64,000 bases of DNA from an uncultured candidate division Zixibacteria bacterium (GTDB taxonomy: Bacteria; Zixibacteria; MSB-5A5; GN15; FEB-12): positions 3,232,001 to 3,296,000 of the forward strand of contig OY760907.1 in assembly GCA_963664195.1 (NCBI GenBank). Reading direction: 5' to 3'. Under the pieces are notes generated by a model. It worked only from the letters and a program-made list of their open reading frames with translations, searched no databases and was not told the origin of the DNA. A program made the translations under genes and the position numbers. Each line of letters opens with the position of its first letter. Positions within the stretch are counted from its first letter, which is position 1. This document shows, piece by piece, positions 16,868 to 27,525 of this stretch.

Positions 16868-17433
16868 TCTTCATGCTCGACAATTATGATTCATTCACCT
16901 ACAACCTGGTACAGTACCTTGGTGAACTCGGCGCTGATCTCGAAATCGCCCGCAACGATGAACTCACCGCCGCCGATGTGTTGAGCATGGCCCCGGAAGG
17001 CATCGTGCTTTCACCCGGTCCCGGTCGGCCTGATGGCGCAGGCATCCTGCTGAATCTCGTCGAACTTGCGGCAGGGCGCATTCCGATTCTCGGCGTCTGC
17101 CTCGGACATCAGGCAATGGCACAGGCTTTTGGCGGCAGGATCGGATACGCGCCGTACCTCATGCACGGAAAAACGTCTGAAATCCACCACAACGGCTCCC
17201 TCCTGTTCAAAGACATCGATTCACCCTTTGTCGCCACACGGTATCATTCCCTGGTAGTCGATCCGGATTCATTACCGAAAGAATTCAACCTCACTGCCTG
17301 GACTGACGATAAGGTCATCATGGGCATTCAGCATCGGAAGTATCCGCTGTATGGAGTGCAATTCCACCCGGAATCGATCCTGACCGGCTGCGGCAAGAAG
17401 ATTCTCGGCAACTTTTTGGGAAGCCTCTCATGA
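16864..17433 (+). CDS. trpG: Anthranilate synthase component II (glutamine amidotransferase)
   Basis: DNYDSFTYNL, SPGPG, GVCLGHQ, RYHSL, QFHPES. Confidence 0.95.
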   Translation: MIFMLDNYDSFTYNLVQYLGELGADLEIARNDELTAADVLSMAPEGIVLSPGPGRPDGAGILLNLVELAAGRIPILGVCLGHQAMAQAFGGRIGYAPYLMHGKTSEIHHNGSLLFKDIDSPFVATRYHSLVVDPDSLPKEFNLTAWTDDKVIMGIQHRKYPLYGVQFHPESILTGCGKKILGNFLGSLS

Positions 17434-18440
17434 TCAACGGTGTACTGAACAAACTCCAGTCTGGGAAGGACCTCCATCGCGAAGAGGCTGTCCTCACGAT
17501 GGACACCATCATGGAGGGCAAGGCAACTCATAAGCAGATTGTTGACTTCCTGGTTGCACTCAACGAGAAAGGCGAACAGCCGTCGGAGGTGGCCGGGTTT
17601 GTCGAGTCGATGCGCAGCCACAGTGTTCGCATTCAGTTGGACGACGCCAACGCGGTCGATTGCGTCGGCACCGGCGGCGACGGATCTCATACATTCAACA
17701 TCTCTACAGCTTCCGGAATAGTGGCTGCCGCTGCCGGTGTGACGGTTGCCAAACACGGCAATCGGGCAGTAAGCTCAAGTTGCGGCTCGGCTGATCTTCT
17801 TGAGGCGACCGGTGCCGACATCAACCCGGGACCGGAGCGTGTTCGGGAGTGCATTCACCAGATCGGATTCGGGTTCATGTTTGCGCCCGGTTTTCACCCG
17901 GCTATGAAACATGCCGCTGGCCCCAGGAAAGAACTCGGCGTCCGCACGGTTTTCAACATCCTCGGTCCTATGACCAATCCTGCCGGCGTGAAACGTCTGT
18001 TGCTCGGTGTGTATGATAAGGCTCTCATGCCGATGATCGCCGACGTTCTTCATCTGACGGGTGCTGAGCACGTCATTATCGTTCACTCTCATGACGGTCT
18101 CGACGAGCTATCTGTAAATGCACCTACGGACTGCTACGAATTGAAAAACGGAGAAGTCACCCGATGGACGGTCTGTCCCGAAGATGTCGGCTTGGCCACT
18201 CACCCTGAAGGTGCCCTGCAGGGCGGAGACGCGGCGGAAAACCTCAGCATACTCACAGGCATCTTGAACGGTGAGCACAGCCCCTATCGCGATGCCGTGC
18301 TGTTCAATGCCGGGGCCATGATTCGTGTTGCGGACAAGACTGCGACAATTGCCGACGGTGTTTCGCTGGCGGCCAAGGCTATCGATTCGGGAATGGCCAG
18401 AGACAAACTTCAGCAATGGGTTGAATTCACCAGGAACTAG
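17430..18440 (+). CDS. trpD: Anthranilate phosphoribosyltransferase
   Basis: GTGGDG, FNIST, KHGNR, RTVFNILGP, DGLDE. Confidence 0.96.
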   Translation: MINGVLNKLQSGKDLHREEAVLTMDTIMEGKATHKQIVDFLVALNEKGEQPSEVAGFVESMRSHSVRIQLDDANAVDCVGTGGDGSHTFNISTASGIVAAAAGVTVAKHGNRAVSSSCGSADLLEATGADINPGPERVRECIHQIGFGFMFAPGFHPAMKHAAGPRKELGVRTVFNILGPMTNPAGVKRLLLGVYDKALMPMIADVLHLTGAEHVIIVHSHDGLDELSVNAPTDCYELKNGEVTRWTVCPEDVGLATHPEGALQGGDAAENLSILTGILNGEHSPYRDAVLFNAGAMIRVADKTATIADGVSLAAKAIDSGMARDKLQQWVEFTRN

Positions 18441-18443
18441 CAG

Positions 18444-19775
18444 ATGGCTGTATCACCTCAGGATCAGAAGACCTCCGAGGGCATAGCTCAATCCGGGGGT
18501 GTTGTATCTGCAGGATCGCCCGTACGCGACTACATAGCCAGCGTCCGTCTTTTCTCGACCAACGCACGGTTGTATCTGACGGGGTCGTTTTTGATCGGAA
18601 TGAATTTCGCCGTCTTCAATCTCCTGTTCAATCTGTATCTGAAGGAACTCGGGTTTGTCGAGGGTGACATCGGCATGATCAACTCATGGCGTGCGATGGG
18701 CATGACTGCAGTTGCGATCCCTGCTGCAATGATACTCAGTCGCGTCCGCTTGAAACCGTTGCTACTAGTTGCCTGCGTCCTGTTTGCGTTCTTTTCGTTC
18801 GGCGTGACTACATATCAGCAGATGATCCTGTTGGCGGGCTTTTCGATCCTGTCCGGAATGGCCTTTGCCTTCTTCCGAGTAGCATCAGGACCGTTCTACA
18901 TGCGCAACTCAACGCCGAAAGAACGCACTCACCTGTTTTCCTTTTCCTTTGCCACACACCTTGCCGCGGGCATGCTCGGCTCCTGGGCAGCCGGTAATCT
19001 CGTAACAATTATCGGAGAACGCACGGGCGACATGGTCCTCGGCTACCAATACACGCTGTACACGGCGATAGCGGTCAGCTTTCTGGCCTTCATTCCGTTT
19101 AGCTTCGTGAAAGCAGCCAAGCCGTCCGCTGAAGAGAACCGCATATCGCTGAGTCTGGCCCAGTTTAAACGGCGCGGACGGTTCTATTTTCGGATCACGT
19201 TTGTTAATTTCCTGATAGGCACGGGCGCGGGGCTGATTATACCCTTTCTGAATCTGTATTTCCGCGACCGCTTTGGACTCCAGCCGGACCGTATCGGCCT
19301 GTATTTCATCCTGCTCTCATTCGGAATGTTGGTCGGCACACTTTCCGGACCGTTCCTCACGCGCAAGATAGGTCTCGTTAGGACAATCGTTCTCACACAA
19401 CTGGCCTCGATTCCGTTTATGCTCATTCTGGCGTATAGTTATTACCTGCCGCTCGTAGTGCCGGCCTTTGTTATGCGCGGTGGTCTGATGAATCTGGGAG
19501 TGCCTATTAGCAGCAATCTCGGCATGGAACTGGCGGAGAAAGATGAACAGGGGCTTGTCAACGCCCTCCTGATGATCTCCTGGACAGGCTCGTGGATGAT
19601 TTCAGTGTGGATTGGTGGACACGTCATCGAAGCCTTTGGATACACCGTCACTTTGAACATATCAATCGTGCTCTACATAATCTCGACCGTCGCCTACTAT
19701 TTCTTCTTTGGCAAAGTAGAGAGAAAAAACACTGACCGGCCGGGCTGGCATATCAGACAGGTGACGCACATATGA
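18444..19775 (+). CDS. MFS transporter
   Basis: About 12 hydrophobic segments in two halves; FNLYLKELG and PFLNLYF repeats. Confidence 0.85.
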   Translation: MAVSPQDQKTSEGIAQSGGVVSAGSPVRDYIASVRLFSTNARLYLTGSFLIGMNFAVFNLLFNLYLKELGFVEGDIGMINSWRAMGMTAVAIPAAMILSRVRLKPLLLVACVLFAFFSFGVTTYQQMILLAGFSILSGMAFAFFRVASGPFYMRNSTPKERTHLFSFSFATHLAAGMLGSWAAGNLVTIIGERTGDMVLGYQYTLYTAIAVSFLAFIPFSFVKAAKPSAEENRISLSLAQFKRRGRFYFRITFVNFLIGTGAGLIIPFLNLYFRDRFGLQPDRIGLYFILLSFGMLVGTLSGPFLTRKIGLVRTIVLTQLASIPFMLILAYSYYLPLVVPAFVMRGGLMNLGVPISSNLGMELAEKDEQGLVNALLMISWTGSWMISVWIGGHVIEAFGYTVTLNISIVLYIISTVAYYFFFGKVERKNTDRPGWHIRQVTHI

Positions 19776-20551
19776 CCGATCTCCTGAGAAAAATAGCAAC
19801 CGAGCGACAGGCGGCGATCAATAACCTCAAGATACTTCGGCCGCTAAACAGCTTCGTGCATTCTCTGGCCGGGTTGCCGGGTTCTCGTTTCAAAACGGCA
19901 CTTGAGTCAGAAGGTCAGGTGAACATCATTGCAGAGATCAAAAAGGGCTCGCCCTCAAAGGGCGTCATGGTCGAAGACTTCCGACCCGCCGATTTGGCTG
20001 CACGATACAAAATCGGCGGCGCGGCGGCGTTGTCTGTGTTGACAGAAGAACAGCACTTTTTCGGCCATGCCGACTACATGGCAATCGCAAAAGACACCAG
20101 CGACCTCCCGGTGCTCTGCAAAGACTTCATAGTTGATCCGTACCAGATTCAGTTTGCAAAACTTATGAAGGCAGACGCCATCTTGCTCATCGCTGCCCTC
20201 CACACCAGAGAGTCGCTTGGCGCGTTTATCTCCACGGCTGAGCAAATCGGTCTGGACTGCCTCGTTGAGACTCATGATGCTCGTGAGATTGAGATGTCCC
20301 TTGAAGCTGGAGCCACCATACTTGGTGTCAATAATCGTAACCTCAAGGATTTCAGCGTATCACTCGAGACCTCGGAAACACTGGTCAAGCTGATTCCCGA
20401 CGATATTGTCAAAGTCGCAGAGTCGGGCATTTCCACGCCCGAAGATATTTCACGACTACGTGCTTGCGGGTTCAACGCTTTCCTGATCGGCGAGGCGCTG
20501 GTGACAGCAGACGATCCGGCGGCACTGCTTCAAACTCTGAGGTCGGCATGA
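19772..20551 (+). CDS. trpC: Indole-3-glycerol phosphate synthase
   Basis: IAEIKKGSPSKG, SVLTE, KDFI, GVNNRNL, AESGI, LIGE. Confidence 0.96.
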   Translation: MTDLLRKIATERQAAINNLKILRPLNSFVHSLAGLPGSRFKTALESEGQVNIIAEIKKGSPSKGVMVEDFRPADLAARYKIGGAAALSVLTEEQHFFGHADYMAIAKDTSDLPVLCKDFIVDPYQIQFAKLMKADAILLIAALHTRESLGAFISTAEQIGLDCLVETHDAREIEMSLEAGATILGVNNRNLKDFSVSLETSETLVKLIPDDIVKVAESGISTPEDISRLRACGFNAFLIGEALVTADDPAALLQTLRSA

Positions 20552-21183
20552 GGAAGTTCCGTGTCAAAGTATGCGGCATCACCAGACCGCAAGACGGGCG
20601 ACTCGCGGCCGAACTCGGTGCCGATATGATCGGTCTGATCTTCTATCGCAAATCACCCCGGTTTGTCTCTCAGGTGAACGCGGCAAAGATACTGAAGACC
20701 CTTCCGCCGATTGTCGCTCGCGTGGGTTTGTTTGTCGACGAGTCATTTGAGATTGTACTAAAAACCGCCGAGCGTCACACTCTGGACTACATTCAATTGC
20801 ACGGCAATGAAAACGCCGCTTACGTGAAACGCATCCAGAAAGCCGGTTTCCGCGTCATCAAATCGTTCACTATCGGAACGAGAGCAGACTACCGCGCAGT
20901 GACCATCAGCCCGGCTGACATTTGCCTCCTCGACAATCGCACCGATGAACGTCCCGGCGGCACAGGGGAGACATTTGACTGGTCGATAAAGCCGCTCAAA
21001 AAGATATCCAATCTCATGCTGGCCGGCGGAGTGACCGCAAGAAACGTAGTCGACGGTGTGAAAACCTTTAATCCGCTGATTGTCGACGTCAACTCCGGCG
21101 TGGAAAGCAACCCCGGCATCAAGTCCGCCGCCAAGCTCAAAGCCTTTTTCAAAGAATGTGACCGGATTCGCTATGGCAAATGA
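20548..21183 (+). CDS. trpF: Phosphoribosylanthranilate isomerase
   Basis: [37 protein letters not shown] overlap with trpC. Confidence 0.95.
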   Translation: MRKFRVKVCGITRPQDGRLAAELGADMIGLIFYRKSPRFVSQVNAAKILKTLPPIVARVGLFVDESFEIVLKTAERHTLDYIQLHGNENAAYVKRIQKAGFRVIKSFTIGTRADYRAVTISPADICLLDNRTDERPGGTGETFDWSIKPLKKISNLMLAGGVTARNVVDGVKTFNPLIVDVNSGVESNPGIKSAAKLKAFFKECDRIRYGK

Positions 21184-22372
21184 CCAATGCACGCAACCTG
21201 ATTCAAAAGGCAGATTCGGCGATTTCGGTGGCCGATATGTCCCGGAGACAGTCGTTCACGCCCTCGATGAACTCGAAAAGGCCTACGCAAAGTTCAAGAA
21301 GTCGAGACCGTTCCAAACCGAACTACACGGATATCTCGCCTCGTTTGTAGGCCGTCCGACTCCACTGTACTTCGCTGAACGTTTCACGGAGTATCTAAAG
21401 GGTCCCAAAGTATGGTTCAAACGCGAAGACCTCAACCACACCGGAGCGCACAAGATCAACAACACGGTCGGGCAAATTCTCCTCGCCACGAAAATGGGCA
21501 AGAAACGAATTATCGCCGAAACCGGCGCCGGACAGCACGGATTGGCGACTGCGACCGTCTGCGCGCATTTCGGTTTGCCCTGCGTTGTTTACATGGGAGC
21601 CGAGGACATCTCAAGGCAGAAACCGAACGTCGATAAGATGCGCCTGCTCGGCGCAGAAGTCGTTCCGGTAACATCCGGTTCGCAGACGCTCAAAGACGCT
21701 ACGTCAGAAGCCATGCGGGACTGGGTAACCAACATCGCCGATACGTTTTACATAATTGGCTCCGTGGTTGGTCCCCACCCATATCCCATGATCGTACGTG
21801 ACTTCCAGTCCGTCATCGGCAAAGAGGCCAAACGTCAGGCACGCGCCCAATGGAAAGGGCTCCCGGATTACGTCATCGCCTGTATAGGTGGCGGCTCCAA
21901 CGCCATCGGGGCATGGGATGCTTTCCTCAACGAAGAATCCGTGAAACTTATCGGGGTAGAGGCTGCCGGCTGCGGACTGAAATCCGGCAAGCACGCCGCT
22001 ACACTCACCAAAGGCAAACCGGGAGTGCTCCACGGTTCATACAGCTACCTGATCTACGACAGCGACGGGCAGATCATCTTGCCGCATTCAATCTCAGCCG
22101 GACTCGATTACCCCGGAGTGGGACCACAGCATTCCTACCTGTATGAGAGCGGTCGTGTCAAGTATGGCTCGGTGACCGATGCCGAAGCTCTCCATACATT
22201 CAAACTTGTATCCCGACTCGAAGGTATCATCCCGGCGCTCGAGACCTCCCACGCTCTGGCATACATTGTGAAACACCATCGCAAGTTCAAGAAATCCGAT
22301 CGGATTGTGGTCTGTCTCTCCGGTCGTGGCGACAAAGACATGCCGATCATCAGCGCACAGGGGGAGCTATGA
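21173..22372 (+). CDS. trpB: Tryptophan synthase beta chain
   Basis: [46 protein letters not shown]. Confidence 0.97.
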   Translation: MANDQCTQPDSKGRFGDFGGRYVPETVVHALDELEKAYAKFKKSRPFQTELHGYLASFVGRPTPLYFAERFTEYLKGPKVWFKREDLNHTGAHKINNTVGQILLATKMGKKRIIAETGAGQHGLATATVCAHFGLPCVVYMGAEDISRQKPNVDKMRLLGAEVVPVTSGSQTLKDATSEAMRDWVTNIADTFYIIGSVVGPHPYPMIVRDFQSVIGKEAKRQARAQWKGLPDYVIACIGGGSNAIGAWDAFLNEESVKLIGVEAAGCGLKSGKHAATLTKGKPGVLHGSYSYLIYDSDGQIILPHSISAGLDYPGVGPQHSYLYESGRVKYGSVTDAEALHTFKLVSRLEGIIPALETSHALAYIVKHHRKFKKSDRIVVCLSGRGDKDMPIISAQGEL

Positions 22373-23157
22373 ACCGCATTAGGGAGATGCTCCACACACG
22401 CGACGGACGCAAACTGCTGGTGCCGTTCCTGACAGTCGGCTATCCAAACTTCAAGACGTCTGTCGAGTTGATCAGAACGGCAATCGACAGCGGTGCCGAT
22501 ATGGTCGAGCTGGGCATGCCGTTCTCCGATCCTATGGCCGATGGCCCCCAGATTCAGTACTCCTCGCAGATCGCATTGGACAACGGCACTTCTATGAATG
22601 ACGTTCTCGCAGCGGTCGAGCAGGTGCGTGCGATATCCGACGTCCCCATAATCCTCATGGGCTACTACAATCCGGTGCTTGCGCATGGTACCGCCAGGTT
22701 CGTTAGACAAGCAGACACTGCCGGTGCCGACGGGTTCATCATCCCGGACCTGCCGATTGACGAAGCAACAACATTCCGCAATTCTCTCGACAAACAGGAT
22801 ATGTCTGCCATATTTCTTGCGGCGCCGACCTCGACACCCAAACGTGTAAAACAGATCAACGCCGCCTCGACTGACTTCGTGTACGCCGTTACAATCGCCG
22901 GTGTGACCGGGTCGGGCCGTGGTTTCGATACTACTACCGACAACTACCTCCAGCGTTTGTCTGTCTCTCTGACCAAACCTTTTGTCGCCGGATTCGGCGT
23001 TTCCTCGCGCGAGTCGGCGTTGAGACTTTGCCACTTTGCCGACGGTGTTGTCATTGGTTCAGCGCTCATTCGCACCTACCGCGAAGCAAAGAACAAGAAG
23101 GCGGGACAACAGGCTATCGGCCGGCTGCTCAGAAGCATCCGAAGGGCCATTGACTGA
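22369..23157 (+). CDS. trpA: Tryptophan synthase alpha chain
   Basis: [37 protein letters not shown]. Confidence 0.96.
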   Translation: MNRIREMLHTRDGRKLLVPFLTVGYPNFKTSVELIRTAIDSGADMVELGMPFSDPMADGPQIQYSSQIALDNGTSMNDVLAAVEQVRAISDVPIILMGYYNPVLAHGTARFVRQADTAGADGFIIPDLPIDEATTFRNSLDKQDMSAIFLAAPTSTPKRVKQINAASTDFVYAVTIAGVTGSGRGFDTTTDNYLQRLSVSLTKPFVAGFGVSSRESALRLCHFADGVVIGSALIRTYREAKNKKAGQQAIGRLLRSIRRAID

Positions 23158-23263
23158 CAGCAAATGAGTCGCGATGCCGACGGACAACAAGTGTGGTTCA
23201 AAGAATTGATTTGCCATTGCCCCCCCAAAGCCTGATATTAACTGCTTCCATGAGCGGACAATT

Positions 23264-25087
23264 ATGACTGATATGACAAAAGACAAATACAAAGTACAGT
23301 TTGCAGATGCCGTCTCAGCCGCGAGCCGCAACCTGTTCCCCGATGCTCACAAAGCGATGGGGGATAAAGAGCTATTCGACTCTGAGACTCTCTACGGGTC
23401 ATTGGTCAAACCCAAAGACGCTTCCATGGGACGCTTCGCGTTTCCGGTGTTCAAGTATGCCGGGTTGCTGAAATCCAAGCCCCCCGAAATCGCATCCAAA
23501 ATCGCCGATGAGGCCAACCGTATTCTCGACCGCAGCGATACAGCCTCAATCATCCGTGTTGTCGCCGCCGGCGGCTTCCTTAACGGACAGGTCGACACCT
23601 CGGTCCTGACACGCGAAACCCTGAAAGCAGTTCTCATCGGTGAGAATGCTTACGGATCAAGTGAGCTGGGCAAAGACAAAACCTATCTGGTTGAGTACTC
23701 CTCGCCCAATATCGCCAAACCGTTTGGCGTCATGCACCTGCGTTCGACTGTCCTTGGCAACTCACTGCGTAGGATATACAAAAAGCTCGGATACACCACT
23801 GTGGGCATCAACTACCCAGGTGATTGGGGCACACAGTTCGGCAAAATGATTGTCGCCTATCAAAAGTGGGGCACTGAGAAAGACCTCAAGGGTGAGGCAG
23901 TTAAGAACCTTCTGGCATTGTACGTCAGGTTCCACGATGAAGCCAAGACCGACAACTCTCTGGAAGATCAGGCGCGCGAAGCGTTCAAGAAGCTCGAACA
24001 GGGCGATCCCGAGTGTGTGAGACTCTGGCAATTGTTCAAAGACGTCTCACACGCTGAGTTTGACCGCGTGTACGGACTCCTCGGAGTTGAATTCGATTGG
24101 GTCTACGGCGAATCAAAACTCAACGACAAAATGGAACCCGTTATTCAACGTCTCGAGAAAGCCGGCCTCACAGAAATCTCCGAAGGTGCACTGGTAGTGA
24201 AACTGCCGGACGAAAACCTTCCGCCGGTACTCCTCAGAAGGGGCGATGGCGCCACGCTGTATGCCACCCGCGATCTCGCCGGCATGGTCTACCGCTGGGA
24301 AGAATACCCGTTGTTCCACGAGTCGCTGTATATCGTCAACGTAGCCCAGACGGATCACTTCAAGCAGTGTATGAACGTGATCGCAATGCTCGAAGATGCG
24401 GAGCGGGCTCCCTCCGATCATCGGATGAGCGGCCGCATGAAACATGTCGATTTCGGTTGGTTGAGATTCGGCGACCAGACCATGTCTACGCGCGGCGGCA
24501 ATATCGTCCTGCTCGAAGAAGTCATAGACAAAGCTGCCGAACTCGCCCGCGAAAAGATTGTCGAGAAGAATCCCGACCTTAAGAAGATCGACGAAACCGC
24601 GCATATCATCGGGCTGGGGGCAGTCATCTTTTCTCAACTCAGCCTCAGACGACAACGGGACATCGACTTTCAGTGGGACGAGGTTCTCAGTTTTGAGGGC
24701 GAGACTGGTCCGTACTTGCAATACACCCACGCCCGTCTCTGCTCGCTGATGCGCAAGTACGACAGACCTGTGCCGGTTGATGTCGATTTCAGTTTGCTTT
24801 CAGGCGACGAAGAACAGCGGGTGATCGAGCTGCTCGCCGATTTCCCGAAAGTGATTCAAGATGCCGGCGAACAGTACGAGCCTTTCTTCATTTCGACTCA
24901 CCTGCTCAGGCTCGCCGCAGCCTTTAACAAGGTGTATCAGCGCAAGGATGAAGAAGGAAGCATTGACAAGATCATTTCCGACAACGACACCCTCACCGGC
25001 GCTCGCATTGCCCTGGTGAAGGCCGTTCAATTGGTGATAAACGAAGGTCTCTATCTGCTGGGTCTCGAGGCCCCGGAAGAGATGTAG
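23264..25087 (+). CDS. argS: Arginine--tRNA ligase
   Basis: VEYSSPNIAKP.., GDWGTQFG, DGATLYATRDLA, GETGPYLQYTHAR, C-terminal PEEM. Confidence 0.95.
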   Translation: MTDMTKDKYKVQFADAVSAASRNLFPDAHKAMGDKELFDSETLYGSLVKPKDASMGRFAFPVFKYAGLLKSKPPEIASKIADEANRILDRSDTASIIRVVAAGGFLNGQVDTSVLTRETLKAVLIGENAYGSSELGKDKTYLVEYSSPNIAKPFGVMHLRSTVLGNSLRRIYKKLGYTTVGINYPGDWGTQFGKMIVAYQKWGTEKDLKGEAVKNLLALYVRFHDEAKTDNSLEDQAREAFKKLEQGDPECVRLWQLFKDVSHAEFDRVYGLLGVEFDWVYGESKLNDKMEPVIQRLEKAGLTEISEGALVVKLPDENLPPVLLRRGDGATLYATRDLAGMVYRWEEYPLFHESLYIVNVAQTDHFKQCMNVIAMLEDAERAPSDHRMSGRMKHVDFGWLRFGDQTMSTRGGNIVLLEEVIDKAAELAREKIVEKNPDLKKIDETAHIIGLGAVIFSQLSLRRQRDIDFQWDEVLSFEGETGPYLQYTHARLCSLMRKYDRPVPVDVDFSLLSGDEEQRVIELLADFPKVIQDAGEQYEPFFISTHLLRLAAAFNKVYQRKDEEGSIDKIISDNDTLTGARIALVKAVQLVINEGLYLLGLEAPEEM

Positions 25088-25165
25088 AAACGAGTAGACG
25101 CAAACCTTGCCCGATAGACTGAGTCGCAGAACGCACCCGCATTTTAGAGCGACCGGGAGATATAA

Positions 25166-26182
25166 GTGCTAGTTGTAATGGAACGTGCCGCTACCGCCGA
25201 AATGGTGGCGAAAGTTTGTGACGAAATCAAAGAAATGGGATTGACGCCCCACCCGATGCCGGGCGCCCTGCGCACTTCTATCGGTGTCACCGGCAACAAA
25301 GGACAGGTCGACTCCGACCGGGTGATGACGCTCGACGGTGTCCGCGAAATCATCCATGTCACTCGACCCTACAAACTAGTTAGTCGCGAGTTCTTCCCCG
25401 AAGATTCCGTGATTGATGTTGGCGGTGTCAAGATCGGTGGCCCCGAATTCGTGGTCATGGCTGGCCCCTGTTCGGTGGAGAGCAAAGATCAGTGCTTCGC
25501 TATCGCTGAAAGAGTGGTCGCTTCCGGCGCAAAGATATTCCGCGGCGGTGCCTACAAACCTCGCACCTCACCATACAGCTTTCAGGGGCTGAAGGAGGAA
25601 GGTCTGAAGATTCTTGCACAAGTACGTGAAGAGTTCGGACTGAAAACCGTCACCGAGGCAATTGACACCGAAACCATCGAACTTGTGGCGTCCTACGCCG
25701 ACATCGTTCAGATCGGCGCCCGCAACATGCAGAATTACTCCCTGTTGAAGAAAGCGGGAAGAGCAGGCAAACCGGTCTTGTTGAAGCGTGGTATTGCTGC
25801 AACTCTCGACGAACTGCTCATGGCCGCCGAATACATCATGGCCGAGGGCAACCGCGACGTCATCCTGTGTGAACGCGGCGTTCGCACCTTTGCCGATCAC
25901 ACGCGAAATACGCTCGACCTGTCAGCTATTCCGTTCATCAAGCGCAACTCGCACCTGCCCATCATTGCCGACCCAAGCCACGGTACCGGACGAAAGGAAA
26001 AGGTCCTGCCACTGTCACGGGCTTCGATTGCGACGGGAGCCGACGGACTGATCATCGAGGTACATCACAAGCCACAAGAGGCACTATCGGACGGCGTCCA
26101 GTCGATTACGCCTGATATGTTCGATCAGCTTATGACCGAAATGCGCAAACTGGCCGTTGTCCTTGACAGGACCTCTTCGTAA
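25166..26182 (+). CDS. aroF: DAHP synthase, type I-beta with N-terminal ferredoxin-like regulatory domain
   Basis: AGPCSVE, GGAYKPRTSPYSFQG, QIGARNMQN, LLKRG, DPSH. Confidence 0.94.
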   Translation: MLVVMERAATAEMVAKVCDEIKEMGLTPHPMPGALRTSIGVTGNKGQVDSDRVMTLDGVREIIHVTRPYKLVSREFFPEDSVIDVGGVKIGGPEFVVMAGPCSVESKDQCFAIAERVVASGAKIFRGGAYKPRTSPYSFQGLKEEGLKILAQVREEFGLKTVTEAIDTETIELVASYADIVQIGARNMQNYSLLKKAGRAGKPVLLKRGIAATLDELLMAAEYIMAEGNRDVILCERGVRTFADHTRNTLDLSAIPFIKRNSHLPIIADPSHGTGRKEKVLPLSRASIATGADGLIIEVHHKPQEALSDGVQSITPDMFDQLMTEMRKLAVVLDRTSS

Positions 26183-27525
26183 TGAGAAAACTCAGCCCGG
26201 TCAAGCATATCAGCGGCACGATCTCCATGCCTGGCGACAAGTCCATAGCACACCGTGCGGCACTTCTGTCCATCCTGGCCCGTGAGCCAATCTCGGTCAG
26301 AAACTTTCCGTCAGGGGCCGACTGTCAGACCTCTCTGGGAGCTGCCAGGCAGCTCGGCGTCACAGTTGCAAGCGGAGATGACGGCGAAACCATTCTCACT
26401 CCGCCGGAGAACCTGCCTAGTGGATCTGACACGCTTGTCGATTGTGGCAACTCAGGAACCACTGCCCGACTGCTCTCGGGAATTGTGGCAGGCTCCAGCA
26501 CCAGTGCGGTCCTGTCTGGCGACGAGTCTTTGTCCACCCGCCCGATGTCCCGTATCGTAAAACCTCTCGCCGACATGGGGGCGGAGTTGTTCGATACCGA
26601 AGGACATCTTCCGTTGACCGTCAGGGGCAAGAAACTCCTGCCGTTTGAATACCGGATGCCGGTAGCCTCGGCGCAGGTGAAGTCTGCGATTCTTCTCGCC
26701 GGGCTGGCCTCGGGATGCTCCGTAACGATTCAGGAAAAGATCATAACTCGCGACCACACCGAACTTATGATAGCAGCCCTCGGAGGCGGCATATCAACGC
26801 GGGTGATCAAACCCGTGGTTGAGGACGATCCTGATGATCCCCGCAAGAAGAAGCGCTTCATGCCGGAACCGTTCAAGAAGGAGATCACGCTTGCATCCGG
26901 CGCCAGCATAGCTGGTGGCTCGATTGATATCCCGGGTGACATCTCGACCGCTGCGTTCTTTTTTGCGGCAGCCGCCATATCCGGGCAGACAATCACCGTG
27001 CGACGTTGCGGATTGAATCCGACTCGCACCGCCTTTCTCGACTTCCTTAAGCAAATCGGCTGCGCGGTTGAAATTACTGAGAAGGAACTCTCGGGCGGTG
27101 AACCTTGTGGAACGGTGATTGTAACAGGCGGCCCGCTGAAATCGCGGAAGATAGCCGGTGATTCCACGGTCGGGCTGATAGACGAGATTCCGATCATCGC
27201 CGTCATCGCGGCCTTCGCCAAGGGGACGACCGTAATACGAGATGCCGCCGAGTTGAAAGTCAAGGAATCCAACCGCCTTGAGGCCATCGCACACAATCTC
27301 GGACTCATGGGCATATCGTGCGGACTGCTCGAAGACGGCTTGGCCATTGAAGGCGGCATTGACCCCAGCGGCGCAGACTTCAAGAGTTTCGGAGATCACC
27401 GCATCGCGATGGCGTTTTCTATCGCCTCGCTGTTCGCAACTGGACCGTCGACAATCGACGACGACAGCGTAGTAGACATCTCGTGTCCTGAGTTCTATAA
27501 CTTGCTGGACAACATCACCGGATGA
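26182..27525 (+). CDS. aroA: 3-phosphoshikimate 1-carboxyvinyltransferase
   Basis: PGDKSIAHR, CGNSGTT, SAQVKSA, RDHTE, IDEIP, KESNR, GDHRIAM. Confidence 0.95.
   Translation: MRKLSPVKHISGTISMPGDKSIAHRAALLSILAREPISVRNFPSGADCQTSLGAARQLGVTVASGDDGETILTPPENLPSGSDTLVDCGNSGTTARLLSGIVAGSSTSAVLSGDESLSTRPMSRIVKPLADMGAELFDTEGHLPLTVRGKKLLPFEYRMPVASAQVKSAILLAGLASGCSVTIQEKIITRDHTELMIAALGGGISTRVIKPVVEDDPDDPRKKKRFMPEPFKKEITLASGASIAGGSIDIPGDISTAAFFFAAAAISGQTITVRRCGLNPTRTAFLDFLKQIGCAVEITEKELSGGEPCGTVIVTGGPLKSRKIAGDSTVGLIDEIPIIAVIAAFAKGTTVIRDAAELKVKESNRLEAIAHNLGLMGISCGLLEDGLAIEGGIDPSGADFKSFGDHRIAMAFSIASLFATGPSTIDDDSVVDISCPEFYNLLDNITG

Noticed and set aside
22135..23034. 299-aa minus-strand ORF
   Set aside because: Antisense to trpB/trpA
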